Shown here: positions 23,801 to 34,638 of the stretch, one piece after another
Layout of the letters: every line of letters begins with the position of its first letter
Numbering within the stretch: the first letter of the stretch is position 1
Assembly: GCA_973895155.1 (NCBI GenBank)
Contig: OZ316899.1
Coordinates: 11,213,675 to 11,277,674, forward strand
Source: Marsupella aquatica
Lineage: Eukaryota; Plantae; Marchantiophyta
Length of the DNA: 64,000 bases
Reading direction: 5' to 3'
Translations under genes and position numbers: made by a program
Notes under the pieces: model-generated
What the model was told of the DNA's origin: nothing
What the model saw: only the letters and a program-made list of their open reading frames with translations
The model's database searches: none

Positions 23801-26800
23801 GCTTAGTGTTACCCTTTGGATTATGTAATGGACCCAACACGTTTCAAAGGCTTATGATGATGCTGTTTCATGAATACTTAAATCAATTCATGCAAATTAA
23901 ATATTTCTTGATGATTTTACAATTTATGGGGATGAAGAACAGCACATAAACCACCTAAGATTATGTCTGTTAAGATGTAGAGAAGGAGGAGTTAGTTTAA
24001 ACCTAGACAAATGTACATTTTTTTTACCATCAGGGAAAATATTGGGTCATATTGTATGCAAACAAGGTCTATTAGTAGATCCTGACAAAATTAAAATTAT
24101 AAAAGAAATGCCAGTACCCACAAGTGCAACACAAGTGAGAAGGTTTTTAGGAAGTGGAGGCTTCTATCGACGCTACGTTAAAGGTTACTCGCAAATCAGC
24201 GCTCCTTTAGCGCGATTGATGGGTAATCATCAAACTTTCAACTGGGACGACAACTGTCAGAAGGCTTTCAAAGAAATTAAGGAACGGCTGTGTCACACGC
24301 CAATACTCAAAGAGCCGGATTGGAAAAAGGAGTTCCATCTGCACACCGATGCATCATTGGTAGCAGTGGGAGCGATATTGGCCCAAATAGGAGAACAGGG
24401 TATAGATTTACCCGTTTATTATGCAAGTAGGTTACTAAATGTGCATGAAAAGAATTATACCACCACTCAAAGGGAAGCATTGGCCGTGATTTTCGCTATG
24501 AAGAAATTCAGACACTACTTGCTAGGAAACCATTTTGTATTCTTTGTAGACCACAACGCCTTGGTTAACTTAGTAAACAAACCTCAACTATCGGGAAGGA
24601 TAGCCAGATGGATTCTTTTGTTGGCAGAGTTTGATTACACCATTATTTACAAACCAGGAAAAACACATATTATACCAGATTATTTAAGTAGGCTAGAATC
24701 GGGGGAGGTATCTACAGTGGAAGATGATCAACTACCTGACATGGGATTATTTCAAGAGGAAAAGAAAGACTACCCGGTAAAATTGGTTACTTTGGATGAT
24801 GGAACCAATTTAGAGAGATATTTACGAACAGTTGAGTTTTCGGAAGGATTATCCAGTAAGGAAAGAAAAATATATGCATATAGGGCCAAGCTTTACACTT
24901 TGATTAATCATACGCTTTATTACAAAGGACCAGATGACATACTCAGAAGAGTGGTACCTGATGACGAGAAGCAAGAAGCATTAGTAACAGCTCACGAAGG
25001 TTTAGGAGGAGGTCATTTTGGTGCAGAAATCACCGTGAGGGAAATATTGCAACAAGGACAATGGTGGAGAACAATGCACAAGGATACCCGAGAATTTGTT
25101 TAAACTTATGATTTGTGTCAACGTACAGGGCCAATCAAAGAAAGTATGGAGTTCAGGCCAATTATTGCCCCTTATATTTTCCAAAAATGGGGATTGGATT
25201 TTATTGGACCAATAACACCACCTTCTAGGTTCAGTCAGAATCATTACATTTTAGCAGCAACATAATACACCACTAAATGGGTGGAGGCAGTAGCAACTTG
25301 CGAGAATACGGCCAATGTAACTGCAAAGTTTTTATATTAAAATATCATTACAAGGTATGGATTACCATGGGAGTTAGTAAGCGATCAAGGAACGCATTTT
25401 CTGAATAACACCATTCAGGAATTGACGGACAATTATCATATCAACCATCGGTTTTCAACCCCTTACTATCCACAATGCAACGGGCAAGTAGAATCCATAA
25501 ACAAAGTTCTACTAAATGTTTTAAGAAAAGTGATTAACGAGCAGCAGAACTACTGGGATGTACAACTACCAGCAGCCGTATGGGCACTTTGTACAGCGTA
25601 TAAAGTAACCATGGGACACACTCCATTTCAACTTATGTTTGGAGTAGAGGCTTGAATGCCATTGGAATATGAATTGCCAAGTCTACAAGTGGCCACAGAT
25701 TATGATATCAACAAAAATCCAAGTTTAACCCAGCGACTAAGAGAGTTGATGGAACTTACAGAGAAGAGAAGAAACGCAGAGGAACATTTGGAACATGTAC
25801 AAGGACAACGGAAAAGATGGATAGATGATCAGAGAGATATCACAATATTCTTTGAAAGAGAATTAGTGTTATGGTGCAGGAAAAAGGGCTCGCATAAAGA
25901 AAGGAAAATTAAAACTCAAATGGGAAGGGCCATTTATTGTACATAAGGTATGGGGTAATGGAACTTTTGATATCGCTAGTCAGGATGGAAGCGAGCAACA
26001 GCTAGTTAATGGAAACAAGCTCAAATCATATCACGTTTGAGATGATGTGTACTTAAGGGAGGTGGAGGATATCGTCAATGATCACGATGAGGAGGACGAC
26101 AGGGAGATTGTGCAAACATTAATTGTCACAATTAATCTACGGATTATCCCAAAGATGAGACAAGATGTTCCATCACAAAACAATAAAAGGACGAGTTAAG
26201 TAATCATATGGTAGCTTGCATGACTATCACTAATCAAGAGGTAAAAGATGGAAACACGAAAGGAAAGCTATCACACAAAAAGAAGGCGGAAGGTACAACA
26301 ACACAAATTAGAGAGGGGTCACGATCATACAAAGATACACAACGATTAACGGAAAAAGAACCGGACGGGAAAAACAAGGAATTAGTGAAGTACATGAATG
26401 AACCGACATCAGGTTTAAAAACCTCAATTCATATAAACCCGTATCAGATTCAGTCGGTTACGCTATCTAAAGAAGATCTATCTAAAATTTTCCACATTAA
26501 TGACTGGAGGTGTATAGTGACCAATTGGCGTGAGGAAAGAAGAAAGCCGTCTCCCTATCAGGCGGTAGTTATAGGCTGCACTAACGAACATACTTTGACA
26601 TGGATGGCCATGGATACTATACTCAACCATAATGCCATCCCCTGTATTGAGAATTGTGGTAAGTGGAATAATACTTATGTATGTAATTCTATCCTTAAAT
26701 ACCAAGATTCGGTCCCGTAAAGAATAAACAAAGCGATTTACCAAGGTTTTGTGATGTTCAAAATCTTCAAGCAATTTCTTTGCTGTTTTTCCTTATATAA

Positions 26801-29800
26801 TCCTGAAATGATTATTATATCACAAATGTTGAAATGAACTTCCTTAGGTTCAGCTTCTTCTCGATAGATTGAAAGGTTTTCTCTTCCCTCTAACTTCCTT
26901 ATACACTTATTAGTGATTGATTTTACGTCATGAAGGTTGGTACAATTCCCATTTCAACTAGATTTCAAAGGCACACCTTAGTTGTCCATTCAATTCTATT
27001 TCCTACAACTAATTCAAACATCAAAACTTGAATACTTAAGTTTGATCCATGAAATGTTTGAAATGCAATTGACGTGAGTGGTACAAGTCTTCTCCATTAA
27101 ATTCTTTCTCCTAAGCCCAATTTGACATGAGAAAAAGACCCACACTTGGTCAAAAATCAATGTTGAAGAAAAGACAATGAATCATGATCTTGGGAGTCCA
27201 CTTGTAAGGCTCCCTCAAAAGGTTTGAGATGCCAAAAGGTTTAGAAGCCTAAAAACCTTTTCTCATCTAAACTTAGGGTCCTAAAAGGTAAAATAAGTCT
27301 AAGACTCTCTATATCTAATTCCTAAGGGTTTCCTAATCTAAGTCTCTCTATATCCTATTCTATCTAACTCATGGAAAGGCTCAAGAGGTGAGAAAAGAGA
27401 TAGAAAACAATTTAAGTAACATATGCCGAAAAACCATGGAGAATCGGTTTGGGTTATTTTGAAGTTGATCTTTTGGGACCAAACTGAAATTCTTTGTGTA
27501 GCCCTTGGTAAGAGCTTTCCAACGCACCAAAAATCTCTTAAAAACGTCATCGGACCGATCCGCAATCGTCCGTCAAAGTTGCTGCCAAAAGTCTAAGCCG
27601 ATTTTCCAACTTCCAAAGCGATTTCTTTCGGATTTCTTTGAAGGCGATTGTTTGTCTGAAGCGATTCTTCCTTCCAAACTCAAACTTTTTAGCTTTCTTC
27701 CATACCGTTCCTTTCAGGCTTAAAATAGATTAAGGGGTGACGGATAAACCTGAATAAGCTTCAAGTAAGGTTAAAATGTTTCAAAATGTACCACTTTCCC
27801 TCCATAGCTCCGTTTTACCATTCCACAAGAATCACTTAACAGGAAAGTTACATGTCTTGTTAAAAACACATGGAAGTTGGGCAAAGGGGAAGAGAAGCGA
27901 GACCTTGGAAACTATAAGAGCATTGCTAGATCAAAGATCCTACTTACGCCTGGCCAGGAAGTTGAGAGCATCAACGGAGTGGAGTGGTTATCAGAGAGAA
28001 CTGAAGTTCAAGTGGATTAGAGTTGACGCTAATCGTTATTTGTTGCCAGTGAAAATGAAGTTGATCATGCTCAAGAGGTCAGGATCATTTGAAGACAATA
28101 ACCCCAGGAAGAAGTTGACGGTGGCCTAGTTATTGGAAACACCAGCAATGGAAGGAAGTATCCCACAGGAAGATCTCAGTGCGGAGGCTATGGATCGCGA
28201 GGAGGGAGAGTGTTCCACAGAGGTGGAAGAGATGTTATAGGAAACAGAGGGTTACGAAGAAGGGGGAAAACTGACTGAAGAACAAGAACCGGAGGAGCAA
28301 AGACCGGAGGAAGCAACACCTATACAAGAGAAGCAGACGGCAGACTTGCAAGAAGCGATCATACAACAAGAAATACTTTTAAGAGGAGGTAATCGAGTTG
28401 AATCACAGGAAGGAGATGATGAAGAAGAATCAGACAGTTTGGATGAGAGACTATTAACGAGTACCAAGGATGAGCAGAGGGTCGAGGAATTGGAACCAGA
28501 GACAACAATGGATGACTTGATTGGAGGAGCAGAGGTGGATGTGGAGATCGTGGCAGTCAACGAAGCAACACCACCAAGCGCCGAAATAACGATTTCCAAG
28601 AGGTTAGGTTTGAGGCAGGCCAAAATGATTAACAAAAGTAAGGGTAAAGCGTGTAGTCAAGTAATCAAATCAGATGAGGAGGAAACTGAGGAGGAGTCTA
28701 CAAAAGAGGAAGAGGAACCAGTTGCCAAGTGCGGGAACAAAAAGCAAATGAAGAAAGATCGCAACGCAGGAAAACATGTTCTCAAGTTCGAAGGGATGGA
28801 ACTGCATATATTGGAAAACATGAGGAGGGATAGTCATAAACAGTTCTTGAGAAGTCAAGGGCTCGAAGAGTTTGTTTATTCAAAATGGGCAACAACCACT
28901 GATCTGACACCGAAATATTACAACAAGTTCATAACCACGTGGACGGCTTCAGGGAATCAGGGGCACTGCAAGGGACAACCAATCAAGACTAACTAGGGAA
29001 CGTTGCAAGAACTATTCAGGTTGCCAACCAGAGGAGCTGAAATCAAGAAAATGATGGGGAAAACATGGTAGCCGGCTTCGTTTCCCCAACACAAAGAAGT
29101 TGATGACACCAGACGCGACAGTGCACAGATGATAAGATTAAAGAGAGATTAGAGTTCGTGACTCATGCATTGCACTGGAAGCACCAAGGTTGGAGTACCC
29201 ACAATTCATGATAAAGATAGTGGAGGAGGACGATGGTAAGCAGAAGAATTGGTCATCATTTTTCCATGAGGGCTTTCAGTAAGCACTTAAACGAGCAAAG
29301 AAACTGATTGCAACCAGAAGCCATCTACCAATCAAAATTGAGTCACACTTTCAGGTTCTGATCGGAGAGCAATTAAAGAGGACGACCACTCAAGTACAGG
29401 GGAGCAAACCCCAGCTAATAATGGGAAAATTATGCACAACTGATGACCAAAAGAGCAAGAGTGCAGCTACGGAAGAGGAATCAACAAAAGGAGAAGAAGG
29501 ACCACAAATGAATCAGCGTGGAAACGGGAAGAAGCAAATCACAGAAGCAGCAAAGCATGAAACAACAGAGAAAAACCAAGGGGAGAAAGAAGAAAGCATG
29601 GACAAATCCCTCAATGATGGAGACCCGCGAGTAAGAAGGGCAACCGTGGATAGAAGTAGTACCGAGCTATAGAGGATACAGACATTAGGTACGCAATAGA
29701 AACTTGCTCCACACCTGAGGTACAAATGGTGCAAAGTGTAATTGGAATCGAGAAGCTGAGAGAAGAGATCAAAAACGTTAGAAGAAGCAGTATCTTCACC

Positions 29801-30481
29801 ACCATGGCGGGGAAAATCATTAGCCAAGTAGCAATCTACTAAGGGATGAGCAATTACCAACATTTCTGGAACAGTAGCGAAAAGGAATTCATTGCAGCAA
29901 ATGCAAAGGCGGAAGAGCTAGAGAAGAAAACATTGGAGAATCAACAAATTATGGAGAAGCTATCAATAGAAATAGAGAGGCTACAAAAGAAAGAGGATAG
30001 TATCGCAACTATCAAACGGGGATGGAGACACGAAGAAACTACCATGGAATCACTGGCGGAGTTTTAAGGCATGGGGACATTCCAAACTGGGGGCTTAACG
30101 GTAAACTACAAAGGTGTGACCACGGCAATTAGGGCAGCGATTGAAGTAGAGAAGATGGAGAACTGCAAAGCACAGCTGCAATCCAAAGCGAATGCCGATT
30201 CCTTGAGAGAAATTAAGAGATTACAGATTCAGCTCAAGGATACAGTGGGTAAACATCGAAAAGAGGCCAACAAATGGGAAAAAGAGCGGAAGGAGGTCAA
30301 GGAGATAAAGTTGAAATGGGAAGAATTGGATTCCCAACTACATCAAACCACGAATACAGCTCTACCGGGAGAAAGAATGCTAGGGGAAAACAAGGAAGTG
30401 CTCAACACCAAAATTGACCAATTGAGTAAACAATTGCACATGGCGAACGAGCGAATTGCACATGGTGAACGAGCAAAGTAA
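20888..30481 (+). pseudogene. Gypsy A gag-pol plus 3' extension; many stops and frameshifts
   Basis: LLDGGSVVN (PR), FLDGYSGYSQV (RT), HTDASLVAVGA (RH), STPYYPQCNGQ (INT); downstream fragments align with the element B extension. Confidence 0.92.
26655..27827. mobile_element. Solo LTR (1173 bp) of an unrelated family inserted in gypsy A
   Basis: TGTGG...CCACA ends, TSD AGAAT (26650-26654, 27828-27832). Removing it restores IPCIEN|HLTGKLHVLLK, matching element B. Confidence 0.88.
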
Positions 30482-31417
30482 AGAAATCATTATGGCACAA
30501 CCTAGAGATTTGTTCTTGAATGAGCACATTTGCTGAGGAAGTTTACAAGAAGAGATTGTGATTGAATGCGAGAGTAATAATTGAGAGTGAATGGATTTAG
30601 AGATTGAGAAGATGGAAAGTTAAAGAAAAGATTGAGTGAGACAGTCTGATAAATTCTGAATTATAAAGAAAGTTAAGCTTGTTGAAGTTACAATCAGAGA
30701 ATTAGAGAGAAGTATGTTAAGACGGTCATATTCCGACCGCAGGAATGAATGAGGGTCAACTCGCTCAGAGTGAGGACGTTGAGGTGTAATACCTTACGAA
30801 ATCAAATTAATAGACAACTCGTAAGCAGTAGAGTCTGGCTGGAGTTTGTGTGTTTTGAGGACAACCATCTAATTGTTTTACACCTCCAACATAACGGAGT
30901 AGTCGTTGAATTGATATTCTACTTACGAATAGCTTTTCTTGATCTACTTCATTACACACGCAATTGATCGACTCCCTGGTGGGTGAATCGATGAGATGAT
31001 TGGATCTAACCAGATCACAACCCCGGAAGCATGAGTCCTAATGACAAAGTTACGAAGAACTACTCACTAATTAGACTTAGGCCGATTGAACTGTGGATCT
31101 ATTCAATTGGTTTGCACCTGATTACTCGTCGACTGAGAGAGGAAAGTATTCCAATTTGCATTTTTACTTATCGTGAATGGTGCGGGTTTATAGAAATTGT
31201 ATACAGGGAAGGATTAGTGTTAACTGAGTCGATTGTACCCAAGAAGTGGAAAGAAGAAGTAGACATTGAAGAACATTCAGCGGAAATCACAGGTTGAGAG
31301 TATGAAAACGATTTACTAGATTATCCTGTTGTTGGACGATTAATCAGTTAATGCAAAAGCAAACGGGTATATAAGGGTTATGTTGTGTTAATTGCAGGGA
31401 AGAACTAGTGTTTAACA
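30475..31417 (+). repeat. 3' LTR of gypsy A, 5'-truncated; contains ORF2 (30749-30967) and ORF3 (31031-~31350)
   Basis: Matches only 19064-20006 of the 5' LTR; no PPT seen upstream. Confidence 0.9.
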
Positions 31418-31847
31418 TCTACACTTGGTTCATACACATAAACCCTAAACTATTCATATTTGGCCTTATGGAACTCTTGCCAACTACAACTCCCACTATG
31501 CACAAGCTCACATCAACAGAGAAAGGATACAAAATGCATACTTACTATGGCTCCAAAGTTGCAAGATCAAGCAAGTAGTCAAACACACTGAAACAAAGCG
31601 GGTGGCAGTTTCAGTATCTCAGGCAATGCAAGTTTTGTTCATTTTGCAAGGTTTCAATATTCAAACTTCATGGAAGGAAGATATCATTATGGGAGAGGTT
31701 GATCGTTAAAATGGAATATAGTGGCTAGGATTTCTGTAAACGGTAACATTACACCGGTTAAATTATAGTCCTTTAGTCTTAGAAGCGTCAGCCAGAAGTT
31801 AATCCAGGGTATTTAGGGAGCAGCACTCAAGGACCGGTAGCAGTTCA

Positions 31848-32462
31848 TTGCATCCTGCGGAAAGGCTAGAATTAGGGGAGGCGACGATCATTGCGATTAG
31901 TGGCCGGATAGGAGTAGAGTTCTGTTATGAAGGTTGCGATGGCTTTCTAGCAGATGGCAAGGTCTGTGCCTTAGGCACAAGGGCTCGACAAAAAAGACAA
32001 GAGGGGACCGACATGGGAACCCCTATTAGCCAAAATTGAGTAGGGCATAGGTGTAAACCGCTAGGCGAAGGAGTGCTTATGTTTATGTTCACCATTTGGG
32101 TGAAAGAAGGGAGCTGTCGTGGGTGGGATGAGGCCGGGCAACAATTGTTTGGAATGAAGGGCAAAGAGTTTCGTCAACGATTCACGACCAGTGGGGCCAT
32201 TGAGGAATTCTGCAGAAATGTCATGCAGAAGAAGTGGAATCTGGTACTAAGGCGGGATAACAACCGTGATCAACGGATTGCATGGCGATTAATCACCGCC
32301 GGTCAAGTAATTGTCGCCAACAAAGCGACTACCGCTAAGGAAGGGGACGATAACCTAAATGTCATTTCACACTTAGCAGGATTGGCGATCGAAAGTCCGG
32401 AAGCTTCCAGTTCAGGCGCCATCAAAGAAGAGAATCAAAGGCGTCGTTGCACAGTTCAGTAA
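31848..32462 (+). pseudogene. LTR ORF1 (RPA70-C-like), 5' LTR copy; TGA at 32037-32039, ATG lost
   Basis: ORFs 31848-32039 and 32073-32462 are one frame. Confidence 0.7.
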
Positions 32463-33042
32463 CCACGAGAATCTTCTTGACATGTAAACACGGTTCTTGG
32501 CTCGCTCATCGTTCTTGGCAGGAGACAATTAGAGTTTCTTGGCAGATTAGCGCAGGAGACCGTGGCTGAAGGGCAAACCGTCCAACTGAAGTCGGCGCGC
32601 CCCGGAAAGTAGTTAGAAACCTCAGCAAAGAACAGACGCGAGGCATAGGTATTTAGAGGCTGTGGAGCGCTAGGCGCTCTGTCACTTTTTGCTAGGAGCT
32701 TGGTTGAGAGGTAGAGCCGGACTCACCTCAAGATTACCAGCGTTTTGTATTAGTGTCCCTACTCGTTTTGAGTAGTTTTCGATTATAAAGAGATGTGTAT
32801 GAATGCAATAGAGTGCAGAGGAACTTTGTTACCTTGTGCTTGAGCGGTGAGTAAGAGTCCAGATTCAACGTTGGAAGAATGTTGTGAATCAAGTCAGAAG
32901 AAACAGTAACTTTGAAAGTCATTCGAAGAAGGAGAGGCATTCGTGATTAATACTGAGAGTCGAGGAGTGCGGTTATGGGAGTTCGCGCGAAGTACTCGTT
33001 AGGAACATGTGTTAAGTGATTAATCGTAAATTGCTGGGATGA

Positions 33043-33285
33043 ATGGAAATCGTCTCACTACGAGTGAGGACCTTACGGTTTAGCACGTTAAGGCAGCGAT
33101 TTAACAGACAGCTCATGGGAAGCAAGGTCTGGTTGGAGATTGTGTGTATCCAGGACGTGACCTTGGTCGTCGTACACCTTCAACATACAGGGTCAACCGT
33201 TAAACTGGGGTTCCTACTACGGATACCTCTATTTAAATTGCTTGATTTAGCCAAAGACAGATCGATTGCCAGGAAGGCCGATTGA
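33043..33285 (+). CDS. LTR ORF2, 80-aa hypothetical protein (also 44583-44825)
   Basis: Homologous in frame to 30749-30967, 19338-19556 and 60766-61026. Confidence 0.7.
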   Translation: MEIVSLRVRTLRFSTLRQRFNRQLMGSKVWLEIVCIQDVTLVVVHLQHTGSTVKLGFLLRIPLFKLLDLAKDRSIARKAD

Positions 33286-33327
33286 GGGACAGCAGGACCT
33301 ACCTCGGTCATTGCTACTATAACAACC

Positions 33328-33648
33328 ATGAATGTAGACAGTAAGGAGGACAAGCCTTGCTCCTTGATTAAGTTAAGACCACTGGAATTGTGGATCTGTT
33401 CCATCGGTTCCCACCTGATTACCAGAGCGTTACGCCAGGAGAGTATTCCCATCTGTTTAATTACTTACCGCTACTGGTGTGGGTTTATCGAGATCATCTA
33501 CAGAGAGGGTCTGGTGTTGACTGAAGCAGTCGTGCCCAAGAAGTGGAAGGAAGAGTTAGACATTATAGAGCACTTGGTAGGATTCACTTACAGGGACTAT
33601 ATAGAGGAAGAGGGGAGTACCCCGCTAGAATTTTGGTTGATCGTTTAA
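33328..33648 (+). CDS. LTR ORF3, 106-aa hypothetical protein (also 44868-45188)
   Basis: SLIKLRPLELW..IGSHLI, WCGFIEI.YREGLVLTE and VPKKWKEE conserved at 19620-19940, 31031-31350 and 61049-61369. Confidence 0.75.
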   Translation: MNVDSKEDKPCSLIKLRPLELWICSIGSHLITRALRQESIPICLITYRYWCGFIEIIYREGLVLTEAVVPKKWKEELDIIEHLVGFTYRDYIEEEGSTPLEFWLIV

Positions 33649-33718
33649 GCGGGAGATACTGCGAAGAAGGCAATTAGACGTCCATTAATCGCAAGTCAAA
33701 CTGGGCGTTTAACATTTT

Positions 33719-33736
33719 TGGCGACCATACTGGGGA
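33719..33736 (+). promoter_or_regulatory. PBS TGGCGACCATACTGGGGA (tRNA-Arg-like) after a TTTT spacer
   Basis: Starts TGG, 18 nt, near-identical at 20011-20028; resembles the tRNA-Arg PBS of Athila/Tat/Ogre-type elements. Confidence 0.8.
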
Positions 33737-33823
33737 ACGCCTCGTTGAGGGTTCCGAGAGAGGAGCAACTGCTACGACCAGCAGTCCGAACCAGGAGAGA
33801 GAAGAGCAAATCAAGAAGGGCGA

Positions 33824-34114
33824 ATGGGTGACATGAACTCACCAAAGGAGTTCTAGACGTTGTTCTATTTCGAGAAAGATGCCGAAGCAGCAATCATAAC
33901 GACACTGAACAAGAAAGAGCACTCGATACTGGCCAACGGAAGGAGCAATGCACGAGAAGGCGATGTTATGATAATCGCTTACACCACGCCCACACACACC
34001 AAGTTGGTACTTCGAGAAGCGCATGGCGGAACCTAGAACGTGAGGAGGCGGGCGATTCATTTGCAATCCTCTGTTTGGAGCAGTGTTTACAACAGCGACC
34101 ATGCCACCAAGTGA
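33824..34114 (+). pseudogene. Leader ORF4 of gypsy B (internal stops)
   Basis: KEF*TLFYFEKDAEAAIITTLN...GDV..IA.TT..HT.LV.REA aligns with 20134-20454. Confidence 0.6.
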
Positions 34115-34415
34115 TCGGTTACCCCAAGGCTACACGCAGTACCGCCTACCCAAGAGGAAGGAGGACCTTAGAAAGATCTTAGAGTGGTGTCGTTGGAATC
34201 GAAATGAGTACCCTGTTGCGATAGCATTCCAGATAGGCAGAATCGCTAGGAAATTAAGTTCTAAACTAGAGGAAACCACAGGGACTTGCCCAGGATGTAT
34301 GATGTGGAGTCAACATGACAGTTTTGAGTTTTCTATGTTAAAACAGTTATTAACGATGTGCTTTAACGAGGAACTCATGGCTCCAGAAGCCTGCACTCCT
34401 AGTTTAAGCGAATAG
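34101..34415 (+). CDS. Leader ORF5 of gypsy B, 104-aa hypothetical protein with a CxxC motif
   Basis: MPPSDRLP...LEWCRWNRNEYPVAIAFQIGRI...CPGC...QLLTMCF, conserved with 20402-20716. Confidence 0.7.
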   Translation: MPPSDRLPQGYTQYRLPKRKEDLRKILEWCRWNRNEYPVAIAFQIGRIARKLSSKLEETTGTCPGCMMWSQHDSFEFSMLKQLLTMCFNEELMAPEACTPSLSE

Positions 34416-34638
34416 GAGTCATTTCGCAGAGGGCATAGCCACAGTTAAGTAAAGGAGAGAGAGAAACTGATTAATAGAGGTCATAACATTAGTCAAGTAA
34501 AGGAGACAGTAGAAGGTCTCCATTTTTGTGAAAAGTAACGAGTAATAAGAACTTGACGCCACCTTTGTAAAGAAAACACCTGATCATCGAGTATATTGCT
34601 TGTAGGCAGAGAAAGGGCTTTGCTACCCCAAAAGATAA

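Larger units (their letters stand above)
18457..31417 (+). mobile_element. Ty3/gypsy LTR retrotransposon A (non-chromovirus, Athila/Tat-related), degenerate
   Basis: TGTAAAC...TTTAACA ends, TSD TCTAC (18452-18456, 31418-31422), PBS 20011-20028, gag-PR-RT-RH-INT remnants collinear with element B. Confidence 0.93.
31735..33714 (+). repeat. 5' LTR of gypsy B (1980 bp)
   Basis: Direct repeat of 43266-45254. Confidence 0.97.

Noticed and set aside
31925-33452. Minus-strand ORFs in the gypsy LTR as the real genes
   Set aside because: Conserved starts, stops and synonymous third-position changes fit the plus-strand frames.
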